Positions 22,334 through 45,180 are shown, counted from the first letter of the stretch. The stretch: DNA of 64,000 bases from Antedon mediterranea (GCF_964355755.1 NC_092673.1:32175648-32239647), one strand, 5' to 3'. The notes: a model not told the origin generated them from the letters alone. Numbers and translations are program-made.

Positions 22334-24301
22334 TTTTTCAGCGCATTGTGCATGATGGTTTGTCATCACATGTTGCTAATGCTTTACAGTAAGTCCTAGG
22401 CAGCATGGTTTTGTCTCTGGGAGATCATGTCAAACCAACCTCGCACTGCTTCTTGCTACATCATACGATGCAATTAACAGCAAGAAGCAGTGCGATGTGA
22501 TTTACACTGATTTCTCTAAGGCTTTTGATTCCGTTTCCCATGATTTGCTTATTTTTAAACTTTCAAAATTTGGTTTATCCGGTTCACTGTTAAGTTGGTT
22601 TAAAAGCTATTTAACTAATAGACAACAGCGTGTTGTCATTGGGGGAGAGACATCTGATTGGCTCCCTGTGTTATCGGGCGTTCCGCAGGGCTCGATCCTG
22701 GGCCCGCTTTTGTTTAATTTATTTATCAACGATCTTCCTTTAAAATTTAATCATTCCGAGTCTCTTTTATTTGCTGACGATCTGAAATTGTTTAAAGTGA
22801 TTACCACTCCACAGGATGCTTTTTCACTTCAGGAGGATCTGGATGGTCTCGTGGAATGGACGGAGAAGTGGGGGATAAAACTTAATGCTAATAAATGCAA
22901 ATATTTATCTATAACACTTAAAAAAAGGCCTGTGCTCTTCAATTATAATCTGAGTGGACATGATCTTGAGATGGTTTATGTATGGAAAGATTTAGGTATT
23001 TTTATTGATAGTAAATTAAATTTTTGTTCACATATTAATCATGTGTTGTCAAAAGCTAATAGAATGATGGGCTTAATATGGAGAAATTGTAGGTTTATGA
23101 ACGACGGCAGGGCACTTTTATCTTTATACAAATCTATTATACGTCCTCACCTTGAATATTGTTCCGCAATTTTCAATTCAATTTCTCCATGTCAGGCCCG
23201 TCGAATCGACACTGTTCAACGGAAGTTTGTTCGATTCCTGTCTTATAACTGTGTTAATTTTGCCTTTTCCATTGATTCTGTCAGCAATCGTCGAACGATA
23301 TCTGATATGGTTTTTTTATATAATATTTTAAATTCTAAATATGACTGTTCATTAATTTCACTATTTAGTTTAAAGATGTATTGTCCCTTGAAACACAAAA
23401 AAATGATGGTCAAAATATTCTAAATTTAAATTGGCCATATCAAAGTAATATTAAAGTTATTCACTTTAAGTCGAAAATTCGAGCCAAAACAACAAGTTTA
23501 CGTAAATAACAGGTAAATTAGTTTGACAACATTTCGTCTGGAAAATTGTCGCGAGCGAAAGTAAACAAAGATTTCAAACCACGAGTATGCATATTGTATA
23601 TGCTAATTAGGATTATTTACAACTCGTCACAGTTGAGAAGGTATTTTCACACAGATCGTAAAGAAGTTTTATGAAATATGCATACAGAGTAGCGAAACAA
23701 GCGCGTTTCATTATGGGATATGTTTTGATGGAAAACTTTGACTGGAAGTCAAAGTTATTTTTTAAACAAAAAAACGTCTGTATTTTAGTTAAATGATTTT
23801 TTTTTCGACAAATTTTTGGTGATAGTTAATAACTATTATGATACTTCAAAATGACCCACCTTTTTTCGAAATCTTTTATTTTTTATTTTTTGGGGATTAG
23901 TCAAAGGGACAATACATCTTTAAATGTTCCTGGTCGTACACGAAATAGACATTTATTGCATATTCCTTTTAGCCGTGTCGACTGTACTAAGAGGGGACTT
24001 TTTCATAGACTACCTTATACATTTAATAATCTAAATAGCAATCATATCGATATTTTTAATGATAGACTTGGTTATTTTAAGAGGACGATGATGTGTTCAC
24101 TTCTTGAACAGCCTGCATAACCTGTTTTAATTGAAATTGTTTATGGCATGCCAATCTATGTTTTATATATATATATATATATATTTTATCTGTATTTTAT
24201 TGTTAACCGTTTTTGATGTTGTATTGTTTTATGTTTCAAACCTGTTAGTGGCGGTATTTATCGCTGTTGGTTTTGATTGAATAAAATAAAAAATAAAAAT
24301 A
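22334..24301 (+). mobile_element. 5'-truncated LINE (RT domain plus 3' UTR and AATAA tail), jockey/CR1-like
   Basis: ORF 22497-23423 with DFSKAFD, GVPQGSILGP, FADD, KDLGI, RPHLEY; C-terminus resumes at 23924 (NVPGRTR); (AATAA)n tail ~24281-24306. Confidence 0.85.
23374..23919. mobile_element. Kolobok-like MITE (TTAA TSD)
   Basis: 16-bp TIR AGATGTATTGTCCCTT, TTAA at 23370-23373 and 23920-23923; removing it restores the LINE reading frame (FSLNVPGRTR). Confidence 0.8.
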
Positions 24302-25792
24302 AAAAAATTGAACATCAGAATCAATACAAGAAGCAATATCATTTAAATAACTTAGAAAAAGAATAGGGCCCAAGATGCTACCTTGCGGTACACCTTGAGT
24401 AACTATAAGAGGTTCAGAGCAGGTACCATTCACACTGACAACTTGTGTGCGGTTAGCGAGATCAGATTGAAACCAGTCAGTACACTTATCGAAAGCTTTT
24501 TGTAAGTCAATTAGAACCATTCCAGTAAGAAGGCCTTTGGACTTATTGTTTTTTAAACCGTCGATGAGATTTATGAGGTTGCTTTCAGTTGAATGGGCCT
24601 GCCGAAAACCGGATTGATAGGCATAAAGTATATTATTTTTGGAAAGATACCTTTCAACTTGTATAGCTACAGATTTTTCAAGAATCTTAGATACCGTAGG
24701 CAGAATACTAATCGGCCGATAATTCTCAACACTTGTTCTAGTATTTTTCTTAAATAGTGGGGTAACTTATAGCAGTTTTAAGATCATGAGGAAAACAATT
24801 AGTTTTAAACGAAAGGTTAATGATATGAGCTATCGGTTCAGCCAAGATTATCGCACCGTCACGTAAAAATCTTGTGGGAATATTATCTAGACCGACGCTT
24901 TTGTTTACATTTAGGCTTTCGAGTTGAGTTTTAACAAATTCTATGGTAACAGGCTCCAGCTTAAACATGTTTCCTTTTAATTTAACGTAGTATTTATGAA
25001 GATCGTTACTGGACATGGTGAAAAAACCTATGCATTTTGGGAGTTTTTTGACGAGTTTTGACGAGTGTTGACGCAACATTCGTGAAAAACTCATTAAAAC
25101 GAGAGGCAACGCCTTTTGGACAGAAAGTTTGTTTACCATTGTCATCGAGAACGATTTTAGTGTTTGTTTTACATTTCTTCTCGTATCCGAGCTGTTTGAG
25201 GGTTTTCCATAATTTTTTAGGGTTGTCTTTATTTTCATCAATCTTATTGAGAAAAAAATTAGATTTAGCTTTTTTGATCAGCCGCTGAGCTTTGTTCCTA
25301 GAGGCACAATAATATTTGTATATATCTAGATTAGTTTTATCTTTCTTGAATTTTTTTAAAAGTGTGTCTCTTACTTTGATTTCATTAGCAATTTCGGAGG
25401 TAAACCAGGGTGCTATGTTTTGTTTAAGTCTAACTTTTTTTTATTTTTGGCGCTATTGAGTCGATCACCTTAATGATGATATCTTTAAGAGTTAACCACG
25501 CGATATTTACATCGTCATTATTAGTGACAACAGACCAATCGATATCATTAAGTGTTTCAAGATAGTTATTTACATTATAGTTTTTTAAAGATCGTAATTT
25601 AGCGGAGTTGTGTTCATTTTTATGAACATGAGAGGTATTCTTTTAGCGCAATAAAAGAAAATGGTCACTAAGGCCAATATTAATTACTCCAGATTGCTTC
25701 ACATTATTTTGTACATTAGTAACAATGTGGTCCAAACATGAGCTTTTTTTTTTTTTGATTTATAATTAAATTAATACATTGTTTTTTTTCAG

Positions 25793-28700
25793 AAATTGAA
25801 GTTAGACCACTACTTACTCTATGCACATGGACCTGATCTTTGCCGTAAATCTGACCTTCGACACGCCATGGCTAACTGCTTTGAAGCGTTGATGGGTGCT
25901 ATGTATCTTGAATCGGGCCTTGAATATGTCAATAAAACGTTCTCAAGTGTTCTCTTCAATAAACAAGTGCTAAGAGATATCTGGAATGGATGCCCTAGAC
26001 ATCCTCTGCAGGTGAGATCTAGCCGTGCATACAGTATGATTTTAAGGTTATTGGAAAAGTGTATGGCACAGCCCCTCTTTTGAGATACCTTTACTCGGGG
26101 AATACCCCCATTAAGGGGACACTTTCCCATCAAAATATGTTTTAACACAAAAGTGAAATATAGGTTTTAACACTTACGGCCAACACTTGGTTGGATCCTG
26201 AAGGTGTCCACTTAATACAGGTTCTATTGTTACATAGTACTATATTAAATTTAACTTAGATTTGGTTTATTTGTAGATTGAATGTCCTGATGGTGACCGT
26301 CACATGATAGAATCATATCCAGTCCTTCAGGTAAATATAAACAATATTAGACTTGCCAATAATAATGTTTACAACAAGCCGACAGTCAAATCAACAGGTG
26401 GAGTCTGTTGTTAGAATAATTATTGCATCCCTTCAACAGATAAACCTAAAGATGCTTTCTAACAAATACTTCATACATTTTAGATGTTTTATAAAATCTA
26501 CATTGATTTATAAATAAATTGTTAATACATGTGTCTTATGTAAGTTGTCATTCATCAAGGTAATGGCATAAGAAAAATTACATTTTTAATTATTATTGCA
26601 GAAATTGAAGTTGGACCACTACCTACTTTACGCACATGGACCTGATCTTTGCCGTAAATCTGACCTTCGACACGCCATGGCTAACTGCTTTCAAGCGTTG
26701 ATGGGTGCTATGTATCTTGAATCGGGCCTTGAATATGTCAATAAAACGTTCTCAAGTGTTCTCTTCAATAAACAAGTGCTGAGAGATATCTGGAATGGAT
26801 GCCCTAGACATCCTCTGCAGGTGAGATCTAACCATGCATACAGTATGATTTTAATAATAATAATAATAATAAGCTTTATTTAATCACGGATACTTAACTC
26901 AACTAAAAGTTGTTTTTCAGTAAGACCGTGCTCAAAGGAAAACACCAACAAAAATAAATGTAAAAAGCAGATATCAAATCAAATAATAAAACAATTACAG
27001 AAGCAAAAACCAAAAGCAGATAATAAAACAATTACAATGAAATAAAATGAAACAAGGATACACTTACTAACTATAAAATTAAATAATACACTACATTTAA
27101 ATAAAGCTACATGAAATTAGCAGTTAACAGTTAAGGTTATTAGAGCACAGCTCCTCTTTTGAGATACCTTTACTCGTGGAATACCCCCATTAAGGGGACA
27201 CTTTCCCATCAAAATATGTTTTAACACAAAAGTGAAATATAGGTTTTAACACTACGACCAACACTTGGTTGGGTCCTGAAGGTGTCCACTTAATACAGGT
27301 TCTAGTGTTACATAGTACTATATTAAATTTAACTTAGATTTGGTTTATTTGTAGATTGAATGTGCTGATGGTGACTGTCACATGATAGAATCATATCCAG
27401 TCCTTCAGGTAAATATAAACAATATTAGACTTGCCAATAATAATGTTTACAACAAGCCGACAGTCAAATCAACCGGTGGAGTCTGTTGGTTTTAATGATT
27501 AGAATAATTATGATACCTTTTAAATATTTGAATGAATGACCCAAATTTCCATTTGTTTCAGAAATTAAACCAGTCAGAAGATTCAACTGGTATTTATTTC
27601 AAGAATATTCGTCTTCTGGCTCAAGCATTTACGCAAAGAACTGTGGGATACAACAACCTTAATAAGTATGTCCGGTAGTTCTTTATATACAGTATATTAT
27701 ACTGTAGTTAAGTATCTTGACAAACAAAAATTATTTTAGAACACCCCATTTCAGAATGGTATAGTCCACAGATGACCACCTACAATAACAGTCCATCTAT
27801 AAAGATAATGAACCACACTCTTCATAAAAACAGTTTTATTGTTTTAGTTCATCATCAATTGTTTTAATTATCAGTAGTAGTTATTACTAAATATTTTAAT
27901 ACATTCATATTACAGAGGCCATAATCAACGCATGGAGTTTCTTGGTGATTCAGTCTTACAAATTATCACGTCATGTTACCTGTACAGGCATTTCCCAGAC
28001 CATCATGAAGGACACTTATCGGTAAGTTGGTATTGACATTTTATAAATAAAAAATATAACAGCATTACAACGATAGACATTATTTAAAAGCTGAAGTATG
28101 ATGTGTATCTACCATTCAAATTATTTTATTACAACAACAAAATTATAATAATTTCTCTAGTAGCTACAAAAAAAAATATAACAGGATTACAAAGAAATTA
28201 TTTATTGAAGTATGGTGTATCTACCAGTTAAATTATTTCATTACAAACAGCACAATTATAATAATAGAAGTTGTTGCTGGAATCAATAGCATTTTAAAAT
28301 ATGCCTTTAGTAAATATATTTTGATTATTAATATATTAAACCTTTTTCATTTTAAGCTTCTTCGAAGTTCTCTAGTAAACAACCGAACACAAGCAACAGT
28401 TGCACGAGAGCTAGGCCTAGATAATTACATAATTGATGTTGATACTCGTAGTAAAAAACCTGGACCGCAGCCTACGAAGACAATAGCTGATTTACTGGAA
28501 GGTATGTATGAAACGGTATGTGGATTGGTGGTTATGATGCTTGACTACCAATCTAAGGGTCCTGGGTCCAAGTCCTGTCCTATGTCATGGTTTTTTCTCA
28601 TGAAAATTTGCAATTTCACACTTGTAATAAGTCTTTGTTTATGTAGAGCATCTTTTGTATGTTTGTTGTGTGAACAGGAGAGCCACCTTTGAGAGAAGGA

Positions 28701-31263
28701 CAGTGATTGAGTTCACTTGTGGTTATCCTTGGCAATTTGCCTAAAGTTAAATAAAATATTTAAAAAAATAAATAAAAAAAACGGTACATGGATAAACCAT
28801 TGGTATCTTATCACCGTTTGTCCATGATGATGTTTTATATTGAGTTGAATCAACTATAATGTATTTTATCCGTTTATTTTATATTGACACTGTTGATTTG
28901 TCTATTTGTTATTTAAATATTTTTATATAGTTTATTATATATCATTGTTGTTACTTTGGGAGTACGGAACCTGAACTCTTGTTATAGTGATTAGGTTCAC
29001 TTTTAGGTTCCTGCCTACTCCCTTAGTTTCTGTGTTTTTGTTTGTTTGTAACTGGTTTTTGGCAATAAAAATAATAATAATAATAATAATGATTCTTTAT
29101 GTTTATGTTGTTTTTGTTGGCAATAAAGTAAAGTAAAAAAAATGTATAAAACATAGCATCCAGTGGTTGAATTGTGAATTATATTTACAACATTACAATA
29201 AAAGAATTCATAAAATGGATCAGAATTTCTTTCATTAATTTATACCTAATCATTTTATTTAAACAGCTTTTCTTGGTGCTCTGTATGTTGACCGTGGACT
29301 GGAATTTGTCCAAGTTTTTTGTGATGTCTGTTTCTTCCCAAGACTAAGTGTAAGTTGCATGCTGAAAAGAAGTAAACAATAGACTAACTGCAGATATGCA
29401 ATACATTGCCATGATTAATTTATTTTGGTATTGTTTGAAAAATAGTCATATTTTAATCTGAACATGGCCTAATAACATTGTGTGCTCAATAAACATAATA
29501 CATAATTGATAATCGGAATCGGCCAACCTGGCCTCCAAGTTTTGCTTGGCCAACAAATCAAGTTTTTTTAGGCTGGCAATAAGAATGTGATAGGTATACT
29601 TTAAGTTCTGTCTACACTAACAAACTTTATAGACAAATAATGTGATGTGCCCATATATGGACATGATGATGTCAGCACTACTATATATGGGCATATCACT
29701 ACCATAATTGGGCACTTTTTTTGTCCAACTAGTTTGATAGTGTAGACAGAGCTTAAGATAACTTTTATAAGATTGCCATTAAACATGTGACTTGATTTAT
29801 ATTGTATATGTCATATATTTATTTTTATCATCAACTAGGAATTTATCAGAAGTCAGGATTGGAACGATTCAAAGTCACAACTTCAACAATGTTGTTTGAC
29901 ATTAAGACAAGAAAACAAAGAACCGGAATTACCTACCTATAAGTGAGTCTACATGTTTTGTACAATATAACATTACATACTGTATAACATTATAGAGAAA
30001 CTAGACATTAATTCATTAGTTTATAAACAGTAATAATGTATGCTATTTGTGATGTTAGGGAGAAATGGCAGGTCAATTTTGATATATATATATGTTTTGA
30101 AATAGCAGTTTTTAGTCCTCACTCGCTTTGATGTTATGCTAGGCCTACATACAGTATCTGCGCTTTGTTTAAATTTTTCTTTCTGGGATTATATACTGTA
30201 TAACATTATTATATATTACATTGTATCAATATAACATTGTTGTTTTCATGTGACAGGGTTATTCAACAGACTGGTCCAACAAACACTAGGCAATATACTG
30301 TTGCTGTATATTTTAGAAACAAACGAATTGGAACAGGAACAGCATCAAAGTAAGCATTTAACTTTAAAGACAGTTTAGATGATTACACAAAAAATATTGC
30401 TAAATAATTGAAAAGTTAAAGAGTAAACACAATGTAATTACTGGAGTAACTGCAGTAGCGTGATCCCTAATTGTATGTACCGGTATTAATTATAACATTG
30501 CTAAAAAAACAATTCATAAACTCATAAACAATGCTCTTCTACAGCTAGTTTCAATCCCTCCCACTGTGTGAACTTGCCATTGTTTCTGGCTTTCACACCA
30601 GTCCCACCCTTTCCACTTATATTCCAAGTTTCCTGGACTTTCTGCATTCTCACTCCTGAGGACCATCAAAGCATATTGATTGAAACGTCTTTTCAGAACT
30701 AATATATGTGGTGTTGTACTACAAACTTATATCGACATTTATTGTTATTATTAGTGTTCAAGATGCACAGATGGCTGCTGCAAAAAATGCCCTGGAAACT
30801 TGTAAGTTGAGATTTTTAAAAGTATTTTGTTACAAAAAAAGGCACAATACACATACATAGTTAATTCATCTTGTTTGTAGTATACAAACTTATAATATTT
30901 ATCTATAGGCTATTAACTTAGCAGACAACTGAAATAATAGACCAAACATCAATCAATCAATATAATAAGATTGTATTTTTTTTTACAATAAACTTAAATT
31001 ATAAGTGATGATTTCTCTTTCTTTTTTTAGATGACTTTCCACAACTTCAGCATCAGAAACATCTTCTGGGGAAGGTTCATCCAGATCAAAATGAAAGGCA
31101 AGAAACATCACAAGGAAGGATTAAAGACAAAATGAGGAACGATAGAAGAGAAGGAAGGAATAGAGACAGAAGGAAAAACGAAAGAAGAGACGATGAAAGC
31201 CGCTATAGAGAAAGAGAAGCAGAAAGAACGTTTAAAAGAAGACGGACGGATTCACCATGGTAG
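25793..31263 (+). CDS. DROSHA: Drosha ribonuclease III, 3' exons (end of RIIIDa, RIIIDb, dsRBD, basic tail); 5' exons not found in window
   Basis: Exons 25793-26011, 26277-26330, [duplicate pair 26602-26820, 27355-27408], 27562-27665, 27916-28021, 28357-28501, 29267-29349, 29839-29942, 30257-30349, 30755-30801, 31031-31263 join in frame: [92 protein letters not shown]. Confidence 0.92.
26853..27131 (-). mobile_element. Retroposon 3'-end insertion present only in the second Drosha duplicate
   Basis: Absent from the paralogous intron at ~26043; begins with (AAT)n tail and TTTATT (minus-strand AATAAA). Confidence 0.55.
28516..28760 (+). mobile_element. Degenerate tRNA-derived SINE
   Basis: A-box-like TGGATTGGTGG, B-box-like GGTCCAAGTCC, A-rich tail near 28750. 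Confidence 0.4.
29604..29753. mobile_element. PIF/Harbinger-like MITE family copy
   Basis: TIR AG(C/T)TCTGTCTACAC..GTGTAGACAGAGCT flanked by TTA/TAA; other copies at ~39830-39953, 49976-50135, 52158-52486, 52500-52639, 52896-53015. Confidence 0.7.
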
Positions 31264-31534
31264 AAAATGAATAAAAGTACAGTGCATAGTTTAATAAATG
31301 ACAATCAATTGTTTTACCGTGGCACCACGTTGAGTGTGAAAAGCAGAGGTTTTGTTAATTCTTTTGTCAACAGGTTGAAAATACAGTACTGTAAAAATGT
31401 GTTACCACACCTCTACAGAATATTCCCTGGAAAAGACTTAGTTCAATCTAGGTTAAAAAACATTGTAGTACTTTTGTCAAATACTCTCAGTATAATGATA
31501 ATAAAGGCAATTCATTGTGAAGCAAGGAAAGCAG

Positions 31535-32603
31535 ACTTTAGGATGTATAATTAGTGCTATACTTTATACTTCACTTTTAGGCCATTATTTACTCTGCTCT
31601 TTGTTGTTATATTCTATATTGTACAGTAAATAGTGCTTTAAATTCCCAATAAAAAAACATGAATATTATTTAGTAAATCAAGTATTGTAACATGAAATTA
31701 GGCAAGTACAGTACTGCGAAATATTGTTTACAAATAAATATTTATGTATGCATAATATTTAAAATAATATAAAGGCAACGCGCCTACTATATGACGTCAC
31801 TAAATTCACGTCACATGCGAGGTATATTCAGAGCGTCATTTCGACGATCGAGCATTCTCTACTTCTACGGAGCGCCATTTATGCCTTTATTTACTTCCGA
31901 ATTAGAAATAGTACTACGGTAAACTGCTCCAGTGGACCCAATTTGGAGCCAGTGGAGCACAGTGATATAAAATGGAAATAAGTCACTGAATGTTAATATC
32001 TTTTCGTATGTTAATACACTGTGCTCAAGTGGACCCAATTTGGAGCCAGGGGAGCACAGTGATATAAAATAGAAATAAGTCACTGAATGTTAATATATTT
32101 TCGTATGTTAATACACTGTGCTCAAGTGGACCTAATTTGGCGCCAGCAGTGGAGCACAGTGATATAAAATGGAAAAAAGTCACTGAATTTTAATATCTTT
32201 TTGTATGTTAATACACTGTGCTCAAGTGGACCCAATTTGGAGCCAGGGGAGCACAGTGATATAAAATAGAAATAAGTCACTGAATTTTAATATCTTTTCG
32301 TATGTTAATACACTGTGCTCACTTTAGGATGTATAATTTGTGCTATACTTTATACTTTACTTTTAAGCCATTATTTACATTCTGCTTTTTGTTGTTATAT
32401 GGGCCATTTTACAGTAAATAGTGCTTTAAACTCCCAATAAAAAAACACGAATATTATTTAGTAAATCAAGTATTGTAAAATGAAATTAGCAAAGTACAGT
32501 ACTGCAAAATATTTTTTCCAATAAATATTTATGTATGCATAATATTTAAAATAATATAAAGGCAACGCGCCTACTATATGACGGCACTAAATTCACGTCA
32601 CAT
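31535..32603. repeat. ~280-bp direct repeats (31535-31815, 32321-32603) enclosing four ~97-bp tandem units
   Basis: Units start AGTGGACC at 31931, 32028, 32125, 32225; each contains GAGCACAGTG..CACTGTGCTC inverted ends. Confidence 0.9.
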
Positions 32604-34887
32604 TCTCTGCAACGTATCTGTTGACTTCTAAAGATTCAACCAATCAGAACACAGAGATTTTGTCAAAATTGTGTTAAGCAGACGATAAGAATGGAAGTGT
32701 GAAGGCTCAGCTACTCACTCAGCAGATACACTGAGATATTTATTTGATTATTAATTTGATGAAAATTATTGTTATATGGACTGTGAAGTGACCAGAGTAG
32801 ATAACTAAAAGCGTAGGCACACACTACCGACCATCACCGCCAAAACCTGGATCAGAAGGTATGTTTATAAAGCTAGCTAGGCCTAGGGTATATCAAGTTG
32901 ATTGATTGCTAGATTAATGGATGGGACATGAGGTCATCGTGCATCATGCAGGGGGATCCCATGCAGGTAGACCTCCTCGGATAATTATATGTATAATTAT
33001 GATCATACATTTTATAATGAACGCCTTCATTCTGATTCTGTCAAATGTATGATAATCAATACTTCTTGCATTTACACAGACCTCTATGTACATTTAATAT
33101 ATAGAATATTATTTTATCAGTAGGACAAACAAACAATAAGTTTTGTAAACGTTATTCTTAGCCAGCTCTGCAGCCTGATGTGCTAGATTTTTAATATAGC
33201 GCCCTCTATTTTTAGTTGGTATATATTTCTCTATTGATTGATCACAGTCTCAAAATAAAACAGCAATGCTTTTTTACAGATAGAGCAGCAATAATTTTCC
33301 AAAAAAATTACATTACATTACTGGATTTAGAAAGAAATTTTGGAAAATATGTATATACCATTTAATCCTCTTTCCATTATTTATTTACATTTACATTTCT
33401 TTATAAAACAACAGTATTATTGTATGTTTTATGTTTACTGTATTTTTTTCTATATCTGCCAAATACAACTGAACACACTTATCAACCATGGCATTATGTT
33501 GATCAATGATATCCATGAGTTTTCCAAAAACAAAAAAAAACAAACTGAAGCAATTTCTTTAGTCTATTATTTTATTCAATGCAGTGATTTTATCTTAAGA
33601 ATCTTAACTAAAAACCTACTCAAGCACACCCAACATAGCTCTACATAGCTATAAATAAATAACATTTTATCTTCTTTTAATATCTATTAACAATTTGATT
33701 GATAACTTTCTCAATATCAACAGAAACTATATAGCATAAAATACTTGCAATATATACAAAACATTTTACAAGAGAACACGTCACGTGTGTCTCTTAATAT
33801 TGCACAAGTATGCGTCTTGCAGTACAAATTTATATCTTGTAATGCATTTTCGAGGGCGCATATCATTACCAGTGCCACTGGCATCTGTGGATACCCTCAT
33901 AGTAGAGTACTTTATCACTGACTTGAATACATGGGCAACAAAGATTAAATTGATACATTTGTAGCATAAATACAGAAGGTGGGACATCCAAAAATTACTA
34001 TAATGACCTTCTCATCAAAATTAATGTCTCTCATTGTTTTGCTATGTCAACATAATGTCAATGACAGCAAAATGTCCCCAATAATTGGGGTAGCTATGCA
34101 AACAAGTGACAAGTATAATAGGTTACACACCCACAAAGAGTGGCCAAGAAAATTAAAATAACATGCTACATATATGGTATGCTGTATGTATTAAATAATA
34201 TGTATACATAACTTTACTATTGTATTTATACTGTAGTGCTAACATTTGTTAATGAATTATTCTCAAATTTTAGAAGTTCAACCATGAGCGCACAAGAATT
34301 ATTGATTAATTATAGGCCTATAGTTAGAATAGAGTACTACAGTTTCTGGGGACACATTATATTACTAGTAGCAAAACAAAGAGAAAACAATATTACTAAC
34401 ACTACCCCTATAGGAAAAGCTTATAATTTTGAATGAAGGTGCTCAAACTACGGACATATTTGTATAGTTAAAAAAACAATGAATTACATATACAGTAGTA
34501 AGATGCAGCATTGATAATGACAAAGCTTGCATCAGAAGAATTATAATAATACCGTAATACCCAGAAGAAATGTAAAAGATATAAAAAGACTTTCATCATA
34601 CAGTAACTCTTTGGCAGTAACATACTTCAACCTCATGGCCTTGCAGCAACACAAGTGCACGTCGTTATTTAACAATTATTATATTTATAACTGTTTTAGT
34701 GCCAAGTTACTTTTAAAACAATGTTTCCATTAAATAGAAAAAAAAATTGCATAAACCCTGTAATATAAAGAAATGATGGATGCAGCAGAATTAGGCCTAG
34801 AATGTTAGTTAGTTCGCATAGACAATTATTGAAAGATTCAATGAATACATTTCATTAGAATGTGTCTTTAGAATTCAGGAGGCATCC

Positions 34888-44160
<9,273 letters not shown>

Positions 44161-45180
44161 TTTGTCTGTAGATGTGGTCAAACCAACTGGATACAGTAGT
44201 TAAAATTCAAATAGTATTTACTCAATCCACTGAAACAGCATCTGAAAGAAAAAAACACCAATCATTTATATTGATTTTGGAAGATAACATAAAAGGTTAT
44301 TTATCTATAGTGATGCAGTAGATTTCAATAATATGGCATTAGACAGTGCGCAAATGTTAATGGAAATTTATGATTTAAATACTGTAATGAATGCCTTAAT
44401 AGATATCTAGATCATGTACAATACTTACTTTAACGTAGACTAGACTACTGCACAGTACAATTATCAGATTAAAAACAATTCTGAACATGTACCAATACAA
44501 AATTGCAGTGTGAATATTTTATGGTATAAATTATGAAATTATTTTTCTGAATCTATGTAACATATTATTTATGACTGAGTAAAGGTTTGGTAACAGCTTT
44601 CGGCTCATATTGCTTGTTCATGCATGAAACTTTTACAGTTAATATTTTACAGAACATTGCATTTTGTTAAAAGTCCAAAGGTTAAATAAAGATTTGTCTA
44701 GTGTAAAAATATTTATATATATAGACCATTTTTACCACCATGTAACATTCATTGTTCAAAATGGGATAGGCCTAGGCCTAGCCTCTAACTAGTAGGCTAG
44801 AGTCCCACAAAAAAAAATGGTTGAGATTTATTTTTGATAAACAAATTTGATAAATGAACAAATTGTTCATTTAGTTTACAGGTTAGATCTAGAAATGGTG
44901 GGCCTACTGTACCTAGGTAGGCCTAGTGCAAAATGATTAGGCCTAGGCACGATAGTCTAGGAGCAACCACAGCCGGAGGAAAGGGACACCACCCCCTCTC
45001 TAATTATATTTTAAAATAGGCTGCGCCTAGCTAGGCTAGGCCTCGCATGATTAAAACATGACATGATTTGCTAGCCTAACTACGCTAAGTAGATTTCTAG
45101 CAGTAGATAGAGGCGTAGGCTAGCATAACAACAGAACTGCACTGGTAAAAAAAACAAAATAATACAATAAACTAATTTAC

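Larger units (their letters stand above)
22165..25742 (-). mobile_element. Degraded non-LTR retrotransposon (LINE, APE + RT), interrupted by a younger LINE
   Basis: LDH..SDH end of an APE domain near 25660-25740; GLDNIPTRFL, DLQKAFD, GVPQGSILGP, LYAD(Y)ST; frameshifts and a deletion; split between VQFF and LYAD at 24302/22333. Confidence 0.85.
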
